From a candidate division FCPU426 bacterium (lineage in GTDB: Bacteria > Oederibacteriota > Muellerivitia > Muellerivitales > Muellerivitaceae), in assembly GCA_963847625.1 (NCBI GenBank), contig CAWKAR010000024.1, forward strand, positions 1 to 64,000: a DNA stretch of 64,000 nt, read 5' to 3'. Under the pieces are notes generated by a model that was given only the letters and a program-made list of their open reading frames with translations, was not told the origin of the DNA and did not search any database. Position numbers and translations under genes: made by a program. Positions 9,654 through 18,797 of the stretch are shown one piece after another (the first letter of the stretch is position 1; every line of letters starts with the position of its first letter).

Positions 9654-10688
9654 ATGCCCAAAGTTGACTCCTACCTGCAAAACTGCATCGACCAGAAAGG
9701 TTCCGACCTTCATATTGCCTCGGAATCCCTGGCTTGCGTGCGCCGCTTGGGAAGACTCTTGCCCATCACGCAGCAACCCCTCCCCGCCCAGGAGTGCGAG
9801 GAGATGATTTTCGAGATCTTGGACCAAAATGCCCTCGGCCGCCTGAAGGAAGAGTGGGAAATCGACACGACTTATACCCTCGCCAGCGGAGAGCGATTCC
9901 GCCTCAACGCCTTCCGCCAGCGCCGGGGATGGGACGCGGTGTTCCGTCATTTCAGCTCCAAGGTTCGCACCATCGATGAATTGGCATTGCCGCCCATACT
10001 CAAGAAATTCGCCGACGCCAACCAGGGCATCATTCTCATCACCGGGCCGGGAAGATGCGGTAAGTCCACCACTTGCGCGGCATTGGTCGACTACCTGAAC
10101 GAAACCACCGAGGAAAACATTATCACCATCGAGGATCCCATCGAGTACATCCACCACCGGAAGAAGTCCGTAGTCAACCAGCGCGGTGTGGGTACGCACA
10201 CGGCCAGTTTCACGAGCGCCCTTCGAAGCGCTTTGCGTGAGGACCCGGATATCATCATGGTGGGGGAGATGCGCGACCACGAGACCATGAGCCTTGCACT
10301 CACCGCTGCCGAAACCGGACACCTGGTTATCGGAACCCTGCATACCGGTTCGGCGACTTCCACGATTTCCCGCGTCGTCAGCCTTTTCCCGGCGGGGGAA
10401 CAACCACAGGCCATTGTCAGCCTCGCCGAGAACCTCGTGGGCATCGTCTCCCAGCGTCTTCTGGTCAACGCCGAGGGTTCCGGCATGGTGGCGGCCTTCG
10501 AGATTCTGGCCAACATCACGGCTGTCGCCAACGTCATCCGGGAAGGGGAATTTTTCAAGATTCCTTCCGTCATCGCCACCGGGGTTTTGCAAGGCATGCA
10601 GACCATGGAAGCGTCCCTCAAGGCCTTGGTAACGGCCAAGAAAATCACGCAAACCGCGGCTGATGATATCCTAGCGGAGGAATCCTAA
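9654..10688 (+). CDS. pilT: Type IV pilus retraction ATPase PilT family
   Basis: SDLHI, Walker A GPGRCGKST, TIEDPIEY, ALREDPDIIMVGEMRD, AAETGHLVIGTLHT, GMQTM. Confidence 0.92.
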   Translation: MPKVDSYLQNCIDQKGSDLHIASESLACVRRLGRLLPITQQPLPAQECEEMIFEILDQNALGRLKEEWEIDTTYTLASGERFRLNAFRQRRGWDAVFRHFSSKVRTIDELALPPILKKFADANQGIILITGPGRCGKSTTCAALVDYLNETTEENIITIEDPIEYIHHRKKSVVNQRGVGTHTASFTSALRSALREDPDIIMVGEMRDHETMSLALTAAETGHLVIGTLHTGSATSTISRVVSLFPAGEQPQAIVSLAENLVGIVSQRLLVNAEGSGMVAAFEILANITAVANVIREGEFFKIPSVIATGVLQGMQTMEASLKALVTAKKITQTAADDILAEES

Positions 10689-11807
10689 TGCCCACCATGC
10701 CCGAACTTTGCAAGACCATGGTGGATCGCGGCGCGTCCGACATGCACCTCACCATCGGCAACCCGCCCCTCATCCGCGTACGGGGCGACCTCACCCCTCT
10801 CAACGACACGGTCATCACCGAGGACGAGATCATGGCCCTGATTTACGAGACCATGAAACCGGAACAATGGGAATTGTGCTGGCAAAAGCTCGACTATGAT
10901 TACGCCTACGAGGTGCCGGACGTGGCCCGCTACCGGGCGAACGTCTTTTTCAACCAGCAGGGAATCGCCGCGGTGTTCCGCACCATCCCCACCAAGATCC
11001 TCTCCTTGGAGGAACTCGGCATGCCCCCGGTGATGAGGGAAATGTGCAAGGTGAAACGCGGCCTCATCCTGATCACCGGCCCCACCGGCAGCGGCAAGAG
11101 CACCACCCTGGCCGCCATGATCGACGAAATCAACAACACACGCGAGGCCAATATCCTCACCATCGAGGACCCCATCGAATTCGTGCACTATCATGAAGAA
11201 ATGCAAGATCACCCAGCGCGAGGTGCACCACGACACCCATTCCTTCAAGGCGGCCCTGAGGTCGTCCATGCGCCAGGATCCGGACATCATCCTGGTGGGG
11301 GAAATGCGGGATTATGAGACCATCTCGCTCGTCATCGCGGCGGCCGAGATGGGAATCCTGGTCCTGGCCACTCTCCACACCAATTCCACCTCCAAGACGG
11401 TGGATCGCATCATCAACGTCTACCCGGCCGACGAGCGGGACAAGGCCCGCGACGCCCTGGCCGCGACCCTCAAGGGCATCGTGGCGCAACAACTTTGCCC
11501 CACCAAGGACGGCAAGGGGCGCTGTGCCGCCGTGGAAGTGCTCACTTACGATAAAAGCCTCCCGAACCTGATCCGTACCGGAAAGATTTCCGGCATCAAC
11601 TCCCTCATCGAGATGAGCGGCCAGCAGGGCATGCTGACGATGGACCATTGCCTGATAAATTTTTACCAGGCAGGCAAGATCAGCGCCCGGCAGGCTTACT
11701 TGAAGGCGAACGACAAGAAGAAATTCCAGGCCCCGATGGAAAAAGAATTGGCCCTGGAGAAAATGGAAATGAGATTCGGGCCTGGATCCAGCAGTTCCCT
11801 CGCATAA
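10688..11807 (+). pseudogene. pilT: Second PilT/PilU-family ATPase split by a +1 frameshift at ~11189
   Basis: N-half carries GPTGSGKSTT and TIEDPIEFVH; C-half in another frame carries RQDPDIILVGEMRD and LATLHT; removing one base restores a continuous gene. Confidence 0.85.
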
Positions 11808-11874
11808 TTTTTTTAGAAAATATTGTTGCCTCTCATAATGAGGCAGGAATCGGTAAAAATAACGGGGATTCGCA

Positions 11875-14028
11875 TTGTCAAAAAGGGAAAAAAGAGAGTT
11901 TGTCCTTAACAACCTGTTTCTCCCTTTGGAAGAATTGTCGAGTCAAACCGGCCTGAGTCCACGGCAGGTCCGTAAAATCATTGAGAAGTCCAAAGCAGGA
12001 GACACGTTATCCGCCGCCGGATCGGTCCTTGAGCAGAGCTGGCCCCGTTATGGGTGGCTCCTGGCACTCGCGGTTCTCCTCACTTTCCTGGCTTACCTGC
12101 CTTCGCTGGACAACCACTTGGTCAATTGGGATGACCTGGGTTATATTCAAAATAACCTCCATATCCGCAGCCTTGCTTTTCCTTCCATCCAATGGATGTT
12201 CTCGCATTTTTTAAATGGCTTTTATATGCCCCTGACGTGGCTTTCCCTGGCTTCGGACTACCGCTTGGGGGGCTTGAACCCGAGGGTTTACCACCTCGAT
12301 AACTTGGTCCTCCACTGTTTAAACACGGCGCTGGTCTTCCTGTTGAGTTTCCGGATTTTGACCCTTGTCCGGAAAAATGGCATTTTGGAGAGGGAAGGGT
12401 GGCGGGGGGAATGGACCCTCTCCGGGGCATTCTTGACGGCTATCCTGTTCGGACTCCACCCCATCCACGTGGAATCCGTGGCTTGGGCCACGGAAAGAAA
12501 AGACGTCCTTTTCGGTTTCTTTTACCTGTTGGTTCTTCTGTTTTATCTGGACTACGCCTCTTCCCATTCGCGAAAAGCCTGGAAACTGACCGCCAGCCTG
12601 GGCCTGTTCCTCCTGGCCCTGATGTCCAAACCCATGGCCGTCACCCTTCCCTTGGTTTTACTTCTTCTTGACGCGTGGCCCTTGGGGAGGTTTTCGAGGG
12701 ACCGCGCAAAGGTTTTCATGGAAAAAATTCCGTTTTTTATCGCCAGCCTATTGGGAGCGTGGTTGACGATTCTGTCCCAATCCAAAGCCGAAGCGTTATT
12801 GGCTGCGCAGGTTTTACCCGTGCCGGCCCGAGTCCTAAACGCTTTCCACTCCCTTGCCTTTTATGTAGAAAAAATGATTTTTCCGGCGGGCTTGGCAGCT
12901 TTTTATCCCATTACTGAAAAAACAAAAGTCGTTTCCCTTGAATATCTATCCTGTATTGTTTTGGTCTTTTCTTGGTTTGGGCTCTGCATTTATTGGCGAA
13001 AGAAGCGGCCTTATTTGATGGCAGGAAGCCTTTATTACTTATTAACCCTGGCCCCCGTGTTGGGTCTGTTCCAATCCGGCTCCCAGACCGCCGCGGACCG
13101 TTTCGCGTATCTCCCGAGCCTCGGCCCATTTTTGCTTTTCTCATCCCTGGTTGCGTTTTTTTTCTCGAACCGCCGCTGGGTGTTCATCCTCCTGGCGGCT
13201 GGACTGGCGGTCAGCCTGGGGTACAGAACCCTCCGTCAATGTGCCACCTGGAAAGATTCCATTACCCTTTGGGAAAACGCAGTGAAAGTCTGCCCAGATG
13301 TTTCCGTCATTACCTATTCGGAACTGGGAAACGCTTACCAGGATGCGGGACGCTTGGACGACGCAATCAGGGCCTATGACCAAGCCATCGCGTTGGATCC
13401 CCTCCCTTCCGCTCCTTACGATTCCAAAGGCACCTGCCTTTATACGAAAGGTTTCGTGGAGGAAGCCGCCAAGCTGTTCCAGGCCGCGATCGGAAAGGAA
13501 CCCCGAAACGCCATTCCCCACTCTAACCTCAGCAAGGCCTATCAACAGATGGGGAAGTACGAAGAAGCCCTGGCGGAAGCAGGGAAGGCCGTCCAATTTG
13601 ATCCGGGATTGGCTTCGGCCTACAACAATTTGGGCGCCAGTTACTGGTATTTAAAACAGCCGGGAAAAAGTTTCGAAGCCTATCAAAAAGCCATTTCACT
13701 GGATCCGGACAACCAAAGCTATTTGATCAATTTGGCCAATTTATACGCTCAAGGGGGGAAATACGATGAAGCTGTCGGCCTTTACCAACAGGGGATCGCG
13801 GTTAATCCCCGCAAAATGATTTACTATCTCAACCTGGGTTACATTTATTTTCAAACAGGTAAGTACCAGAATGCGGTTGATTTACTCCAAAGGGCCGCGG
13901 ATCTTCAACCGGGCAATCCTGGCATTTATCAAAAACTCGGCTTGACTTATGAAAAGATGGGACAGGGCGGCTTGGCTGCGGAAAGCTTTGCGAAAGCAAA
14001 AGCTCTTGCGGAAGCTAAAGGGCGCTAA
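11875..14028 (+). CDS. TMTC-like GT-C membrane glycosyltransferase with C-terminal TPR repeats
   Basis: NWDD loop, YHLDNLVLH, LFGLHPIHVESVAW, LMSKP, ADRFAYLP, WKDSITLW and multiple TPR repeats. Confidence 0.85.
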   Translation: MSKREKREFVLNNLFLPLEELSSQTGLSPRQVRKIIEKSKAGDTLSAAGSVLEQSWPRYGWLLALAVLLTFLAYLPSLDNHLVNWDDLGYIQNNLHIRSLAFPSIQWMFSHFLNGFYMPLTWLSLASDYRLGGLNPRVYHLDNLVLHCLNTALVFLLSFRILTLVRKNGILEREGWRGEWTLSGAFLTAILFGLHPIHVESVAWATERKDVLFGFFYLLVLLFYLDYASSHSRKAWKLTASLGLFLLALMSKPMAVTLPLVLLLLDAWPLGRFSRDRAKVFMEKIPFFIASLLGAWLTILSQSKAEALLAAQVLPVPARVLNAFHSLAFYVEKMIFPAGLAAFYPITEKTKVVSLEYLSCIVLVFSWFGLCIYWRKKRPYLMAGSLYYLLTLAPVLGLFQSGSQTAADRFAYLPSLGPFLLFSSLVAFFFSNRRWVFILLAAGLAVSLGYRTLRQCATWKDSITLWENAVKVCPDVSVITYSELGNAYQDAGRLDDAIRAYDQAIALDPLPSAPYDSKGTCLYTKGFVEEAAKLFQAAIGKEPRNAIPHSNLSKAYQQMGKYEEALAEAGKAVQFDPGLASAYNNLGASYWYLKQPGKSFEAYQKAISLDPDNQSYLINLANLYAQGGKYDEAVGLYQQGIAVNPRKMIYYLNLGYIYFQTGKYQNAVDLLQRAADLQPGNPGIYQKLGLTYEKMGQGGLAAESFAKAKALAEAKGR

Positions 14029-14306
14029 GATGTGGTAGCCCAAAAATTCATTTATAACGTGAGATTCGAGGTCATAAATATAAAGCTCCTGCAACCAGAG
14101 CATTTTTATTGCTTGTTAAAACTGGTGAATGAACAATCTTTGTATTAGACCCGGCTTCGAAACTTGGGAGTTATCAAGACTGGATTTCCCCGATTTAGCG
14201 AGGACCTTAGGGATTCATGGCGGCGAAGTCTTTCGGGGCTAGGCCCCTGGGTTTCATGTCTCGATGGGGGGCAGTATTAGTGAAGGAAGGGAGAATCAAG
14301 CGAAGA

Positions 14307-16442
14307 TTAGGGATCCGGTTTTTTTCCAGCTTTAAACCGTGAAAGAATCTTTTGGTTTTCCAGGGCTGGTCCGAAACCGGGGTTGATTTGGACGGCTTTT
14401 TGAAAAGCCTGCAGGGCTCCGGCCCGATCGCCCATCAGCATCAGGCAGGTTCCGTATTCGTTCAACAGGTGGGCGGCGGGATAGCCCCGGCCCAGGGCTT
14501 CCTGGAGGGCATGGAGGGAGGAGGTGAAATCCTCCCGTTCCCGCTTGTCCCCGAAGGCCCCGTTTTGAAGGAAAAGATAATAAAGTTTTTCCCAAAAACA
14601 GGACTCCAAAAAACGGTCTCCTTCGACCTGGGGATGTTTGGAGAGAAGGGACCGGATGACTCCGTCATAACTGGTTCCCGTTGGACGGTTCAAAAAGGCA
14701 TAAGCCACATCCTGGAAAGCAGAATCGGCCTCCTTCCAGGAATTTAAAAGTGAGGAATCCCTCGAATCCAAGGGAAAGACTCCAAGGCATAAGCCGCCGT
14801 CGGGGCGGTTTGATTCCCCGGAAAGATCCACCCACTGTCCCTTAGGAAACCGGCCGGAAAGAAAGGGCCGGTAATTGGAATTCGTGACGAGGGCAAACCA
14901 ACCGGGTGAGGAGCCTGCCAAGAACGGATTTTGAACCACGTTGAAGGCATAAGTGGAAAGGGCCAATCCTTGATCAGCCATGTCGGGTTGGAAAGCGGTA
15001 AAAACCATGCCCGGCCCCTGCCGGGACGAGATATCGGACAATATTCCGGAGGCCCGAGCGAATTCGGCGGATTTGTAGATGCCCCAATCGGGTCCCGGAT
15101 GGTTCCAGCGGTTTTGGTAGGGGCCGAAAAGCTGCTGAAGGTTCAGCAAGAAGATCAAGGTGCAAAGGCCGGCCGTGACGGCCGGCCTCACTCGTTGTGG
15201 AAGGCCTCCAAGGATCCACTCAAGGCCGAACCCGATTACCACCAAGAGGAAGGGAAGAACGAAGTAAATTCTGAAAAATTCCAGGTTCGACGAGGCCACG
15301 CCGGGAAGAAGGGAAAATACGATGGCAGCCAGGAGAAAGCAAGTTCGCCCTTTTTCCGGGGACCGGCGCAAGGCCAGTAAACCGGTGAAGAAAAGCGCGC
15401 CGGAAACGGGATCCAAGAATCCACCGTGAGGAGGACCATAATAATCGCCATCCATTTTTCCCCAAAATAAACCGGTAACATAGGAAGCGGAAACAAGGAG
15501 TTGGTGCTGAATGTCCCGGGTTCCCCCGGGACGGGGTACGAGTGTGGCAAGGTAGCTTCCGTAATGGGCAGGATGGACAGCGGCGGCAAAGGGTAAAAGG
15601 CTGGCGAGGAAAGACACCAGGAAAAGCCAAAGGCAAACCCATTGCCCCTTGGGCTTTTTCAGGAGTAGATAAAGGACGGTGCCGCTGAAAAGCGCGGCCA
15701 GGGGAAGCCAGGCTAGTGGGTAAACGTAAAAAACGGCCGCTTCGGCCAAACCTGTCAGGACCGCGCCGGCTTTCCCCCGGGAAACTAGAAAACCGCCGAA
15801 AACATAGAGAAAAAAAAGTTCGGCGAGGGGGATCGTGGCGGTGGACAAGGCTATCCGGCCCGCCATCAGGTTCCAAAAGGAGAAAGTAAAAAGGAATGTG
15901 AGTAAATAAGAAAGGTTCCTGGAAAAAAAACGGCGTGAGGCCAAATAAGCCAAGGGGACAGCCAAGACTGACAATGTCGCTGGAAAAGACCAGAGGGAAG
16001 CGAGGGAAGGTTTCCAGAACCTGAGCCATAGGCCTGTTCCCCAAAAATACGGGAAAAGGTGCTGGCTTTGGGCGTAAAAAAAACGCCAGTCTTGGCGCCG
16101 GAGGGCTTGGAGAGCAATGAAAGCGAAACTGGATTCGTCGGGGTAAGGCCAAGTGGATAGGGTCGTGAGTTTCGCAAAGCGGCAGAACAATCCAGCGGCC
16201 AGAATAAAAAGCGCTGGCCAAAAGGGAATGGATGGGAGGGCCGTTTCACGGCCGGATACCGGCCAAAAAACGGGACCCTTCCCTGCAGTCTCCCATCCGA
16301 TAACGAGGGATAAAAGCCAACCCGCTCCGATCCAAAGTTTTATGGTTATGGGGAGGGTGGAAGACGACAGAAGGATGTTGAAGGCGAGGAAACCGGCAAA
16401 GAAAACCCAAGGAGATCCGAGAATACGGCTTTTTATGTTCAT
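14307..16442 (-). CDS. GT-C (PMT/ArnT-like) membrane glycosyltransferase with C-terminal TPR
   Basis: Polytopic; RFAKLTTLSTWPYPDES acidic loop after early TM; C-terminal TPR (ALQAFQKAVQINPGF). Confidence 0.65.
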   Translation of the reverse strand: MNIKSRILGSPWVFFAGFLAFNILLSSSTLPITIKLWIGAGWLLSLVIGWETAGKGPVFWPVSGRETALPSIPFWPALFILAAGLFCRFAKLTTLSTWPYPDESSFAFIALQALRRQDWRFFYAQSQHLFPYFWGTGLWLRFWKPSLASLWSFPATLSVLAVPLAYLASRRFFSRNLSYLLTFLFTFSFWNLMAGRIALSTATIPLAELFFLYVFGGFLVSRGKAGAVLTGLAEAAVFYVYPLAWLPLAALFSGTVLYLLLKKPKGQWVCLWLFLVSFLASLLPFAAAVHPAHYGSYLATLVPRPGGTRDIQHQLLVSASYVTGLFWGKMDGDYYGPPHGGFLDPVSGALFFTGLLALRRSPEKGRTCFLLAAIVFSLLPGVASSNLEFFRIYFVLPFLLVVIGFGLEWILGGLPQRVRPAVTAGLCTLIFLLNLQQLFGPYQNRWNHPGPDWGIYKSAEFARASGILSDISSRQGPGMVFTAFQPDMADQGLALSTYAFNVVQNPFLAGSSPGWFALVTNSNYRPFLSGRFPKGQWVDLSGESNRPDGGLCLGVFPLDSRDSSLLNSWKEADSAFQDVAYAFLNRPTGTSYDGVIRSLLSKHPQVEGDRFLESCFWEKLYYLFLQNGAFGDKREREDFTSSLHALQEALGRGYPAAHLLNEYGTCLMLMGDRAGALQAFQKAVQINPGFGPALENQKILSRFKAGKKPDP

Positions 16443-16815
16443 GGATTCCCAAGTTTTGGCAGTCCACCCCCGGAAACCTGGTTCGGGGGTATGCGCCTAG
16501 AGGGGTTCATGATCCGGCAGGTAGTATAAAAGTGAAAGAAGGATAAATCCAGAAAGCTTCGGGCCGGGTCCGGCCCCCCCAGGCGTCTGCGACCCCGGCT
16601 GTGATGGTTGCCATTATTGCTGCGCAACAAGATGCTGAGAACCACGGGATTGACGTGTATAAAAAGAAGAACTGCAGGAAAGGGGGGCGCATGCCGGGCC
16701 GGTTCCCCTATGGAACCGGCACATTCACCCGTTAGGCTTATGACCCGAGGACGATAAAAATCATCGAAGTTCGTACCTCGAATGAAATCCTCGGCACGAG
16801 TCGATCAAGCCCGTT

Positions 16816-16824
16816 TGCTATAAT
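16816..16824 (+). promoter_or_regulatory. Extended -10 promoter for a probable leaderless mRNA
   Basis: TGCTATAAT ending 7 nt before ATG 16832; no Shine-Dalgarno. Confidence 0.6.
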
Positions 16825-16831
16825 CCCTTAT

Positions 16832-18766
16832 ATGCTTTCAAATCCATCCGATCCCCACGCCGCGGAGGCCGCTCCCTGCAGGAGTCTCTACACCGATCCC
16901 TGGTTCTGGCCCCTTCTTTCCTGTTTCCTTTTAACCGCCCTTTTGGCGGCGCGCTGCATCACGGACCTGGACCTGGGCCTGCATTTAAGGGGAGGCCAGT
17001 GGATCCTGCAAAACCACTGGGTTCCTTCAAAGGAAACTTACACTTATACGGTCCCGAACCACGATTACCTGGACATCCATTGGTTTTATCAGGTCCTGCT
17101 TTACTTAGTGTACCTGGCAGGAGGTTATTCCCTCCTGAGTCTCTTCAATATCGCCATGATCGCCGCGGCTTTCTCCCTGGCCTGGATACGTCTCCGATCA
17201 AACGGGGCATCCTCTTGGATGGGCGTCCTGCTGATGGGGATGGCCGCCTGGGTTTGCGAAATCTGGTTCCAAGTCCGGCCGGAAATAATCAGCTGGGTTC
17301 TCCTGGGAATCATGCTGTGGGTGCTGGAAGAAAGGGCGGGGAAACGGAAGGACCTGCTTTTCCTGTTGCCCTTGATTCAGTTCATCTGGGCCAATGTCGA
17401 AGGGTTCTTCGTCCTGGGCTGGGGCGTGATGGCGGTGTTCCTGGTTTCCATCTTTATCCATGACCGCCGGATCGACCGGAAAATGCTGAGTTGGAGCAGC
17501 CTGGCCCTGGCCGTATGTTTCCTCAACCCCTATTTCCTGAAGGGCGTGGTTTTCCCATTTTCCCTTTGGAAGACGCTCAGCTCGGACCCCTTTCACCATA
17601 ATATCCGTGACTTGGTGCCGTCTTGGAACCTTTTCCATAACCCTCCTGTCCCCGAATGGCCGCTATTGGTTTACAGACTTTCCTGTTTCTTCCTGTTCTT
17701 CCTGCTCCTGGCGACTTTCAAGCGCAGGAAGGCCCATGAACTGCTCCTAGCCGCCGCTTTCTTATTTTTATCCGCCGCGGCCAACCGGAACATACCGCTT
17801 TTTACGCTCGCCTGCCTGCCCATCGCGGCCGCCTGCTGGAAAGACCTGGATTGGGCCTGGCTCCGGAAATTCCAGGATAAATTCCTTTCCGGTCCCTGGG
17901 CCGCCCGGGTTTTTATGGTTCTGGTCCTGGGCTTCGCTTTGCGGATCATCACCGGCGCTTATTACGCCGACGGCCACCGCTATGAGCGTTTCGGACTCGG
18001 GGTGAGCGAGGAAAGCCAGCCGGTGAGGGCCGCCGAGTTCCTGGTAAAGAACCACCTTACCGGCAGGGTCTTGAACACTTTGAATTCCGGCGGCTGGCTG
18101 GACTGGAAGGGCCCCCGGAAGGTTTTTTTGGATGGACGCCTGGAAGTCATGGGCGCGGAATTATTCTCTGAGTACCTCACGTCCATGAATCCCGGAGGGC
18201 TGGATCCGCTGGCAAACAAATACGGCGCCGACATCCTCTTCATCAACCCCAGCCTCTTCACCCATTGGATCATCGAACTGCCTTACAACCGGAATTGGAG
18301 GCGCGTTTACCTGGACGGATCCAACGTGATTTACCTCAGAAAGGGATACGCCCCCTGGGTACCGGAGATGGAGGATGGCCGGCTCCTGGAGGAAAACGGT
18401 GTGCCTGCCGACATCCTGAAGCAGGCCCCGGAATTGCTGGGAATACCCGGAATTCCGGCTTGGCGGTTTTTTGGGGAGGGTTTTTACAAGCGCGCCTCAA
18501 TTCCCACCGGGATTTTCTGGACCGGAAATTTCCTTTTTCACGACGGCCATTTCCAGGCGGCGGAGGCTTTTTTTCTGGACGCCATCCGCCGTTCCGGCGG
18601 CAGGTACGGCGAGTTGTATTACAGCGTGGGGATATTTTACAACACCACCAAACGCTACACCGAGGCCCGGTTGTGCATGCAGAGGGTCCTTCAAAATGAC
18701 CCCAGCAACGACGTGGCTCTCCAGATTCTAAAAAGTATTCCGTACGGTTTGATGCCACGGCGTTAG
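16832..18766 (+). CDS. Polytopic membrane protein, putative GT-C glycosyltransferase with TPR tail (paralogue 1)
   Basis: DLDLGLHLRGGQWI, RPE, WAN.EG.F, NPY, R.IP, GGWL.W, VFLDGR motifs; C-terminal TPR. Confidence 0.7.
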   Translation: MLSNPSDPHAAEAAPCRSLYTDPWFWPLLSCFLLTALLAARCITDLDLGLHLRGGQWILQNHWVPSKETYTYTVPNHDYLDIHWFYQVLLYLVYLAGGYSLLSLFNIAMIAAAFSLAWIRLRSNGASSWMGVLLMGMAAWVCEIWFQVRPEIISWVLLGIMLWVLEERAGKRKDLLFLLPLIQFIWANVEGFFVLGWGVMAVFLVSIFIHDRRIDRKMLSWSSLALAVCFLNPYFLKGVVFPFSLWKTLSSDPFHHNIRDLVPSWNLFHNPPVPEWPLLVYRLSCFFLFFLLLATFKRRKAHELLLAAAFLFLSAAANRNIPLFTLACLPIAAACWKDLDWAWLRKFQDKFLSGPWAARVFMVLVLGFALRIITGAYYADGHRYERFGLGVSEESQPVRAAEFLVKNHLTGRVLNTLNSGGWLDWKGPRKVFLDGRLEVMGAELFSEYLTSMNPGGLDPLANKYGADILFINPSLFTHWIIELPYNRNWRRVYLDGSNVIYLRKGYAPWVPEMEDGRLLEENGVPADILKQAPELLGIPGIPAWRFFGEGFYKRASIPTGIFWTGNFLFHDGHFQAAEAFFLDAIRRSGGRYGELYYSVGIFYNTTKRYTEARLCMQRVLQNDPSNDVALQILKSIPYGLMPRR

Positions 18767-18781
18767 TCGGACAAGCGCATT

Positions 18782-18790
18782 TGCTATAAT
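18782..18790 (+). promoter_or_regulatory. Extended -10 promoter for a probable leaderless mRNA (duplicated with the gene)
   Basis: TGCTATAAT ending 7 nt before ATG 18798. Confidence 0.6.
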
Positions 18791-18797
18791 CCTTTCC

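Noticed and set aside
11180..11200. Programmed ribosomal frameshift in the second pilT
   Set aside because: No slippery heptamer, shifty stop or stimulatory structure visible
16439..16745. Short ORFs and a GCCGGTTCC/GGAACCGGC hairpin between divergent GT genes
   Set aside because: No family signal; a single hairpin is insufficient for an RNA call
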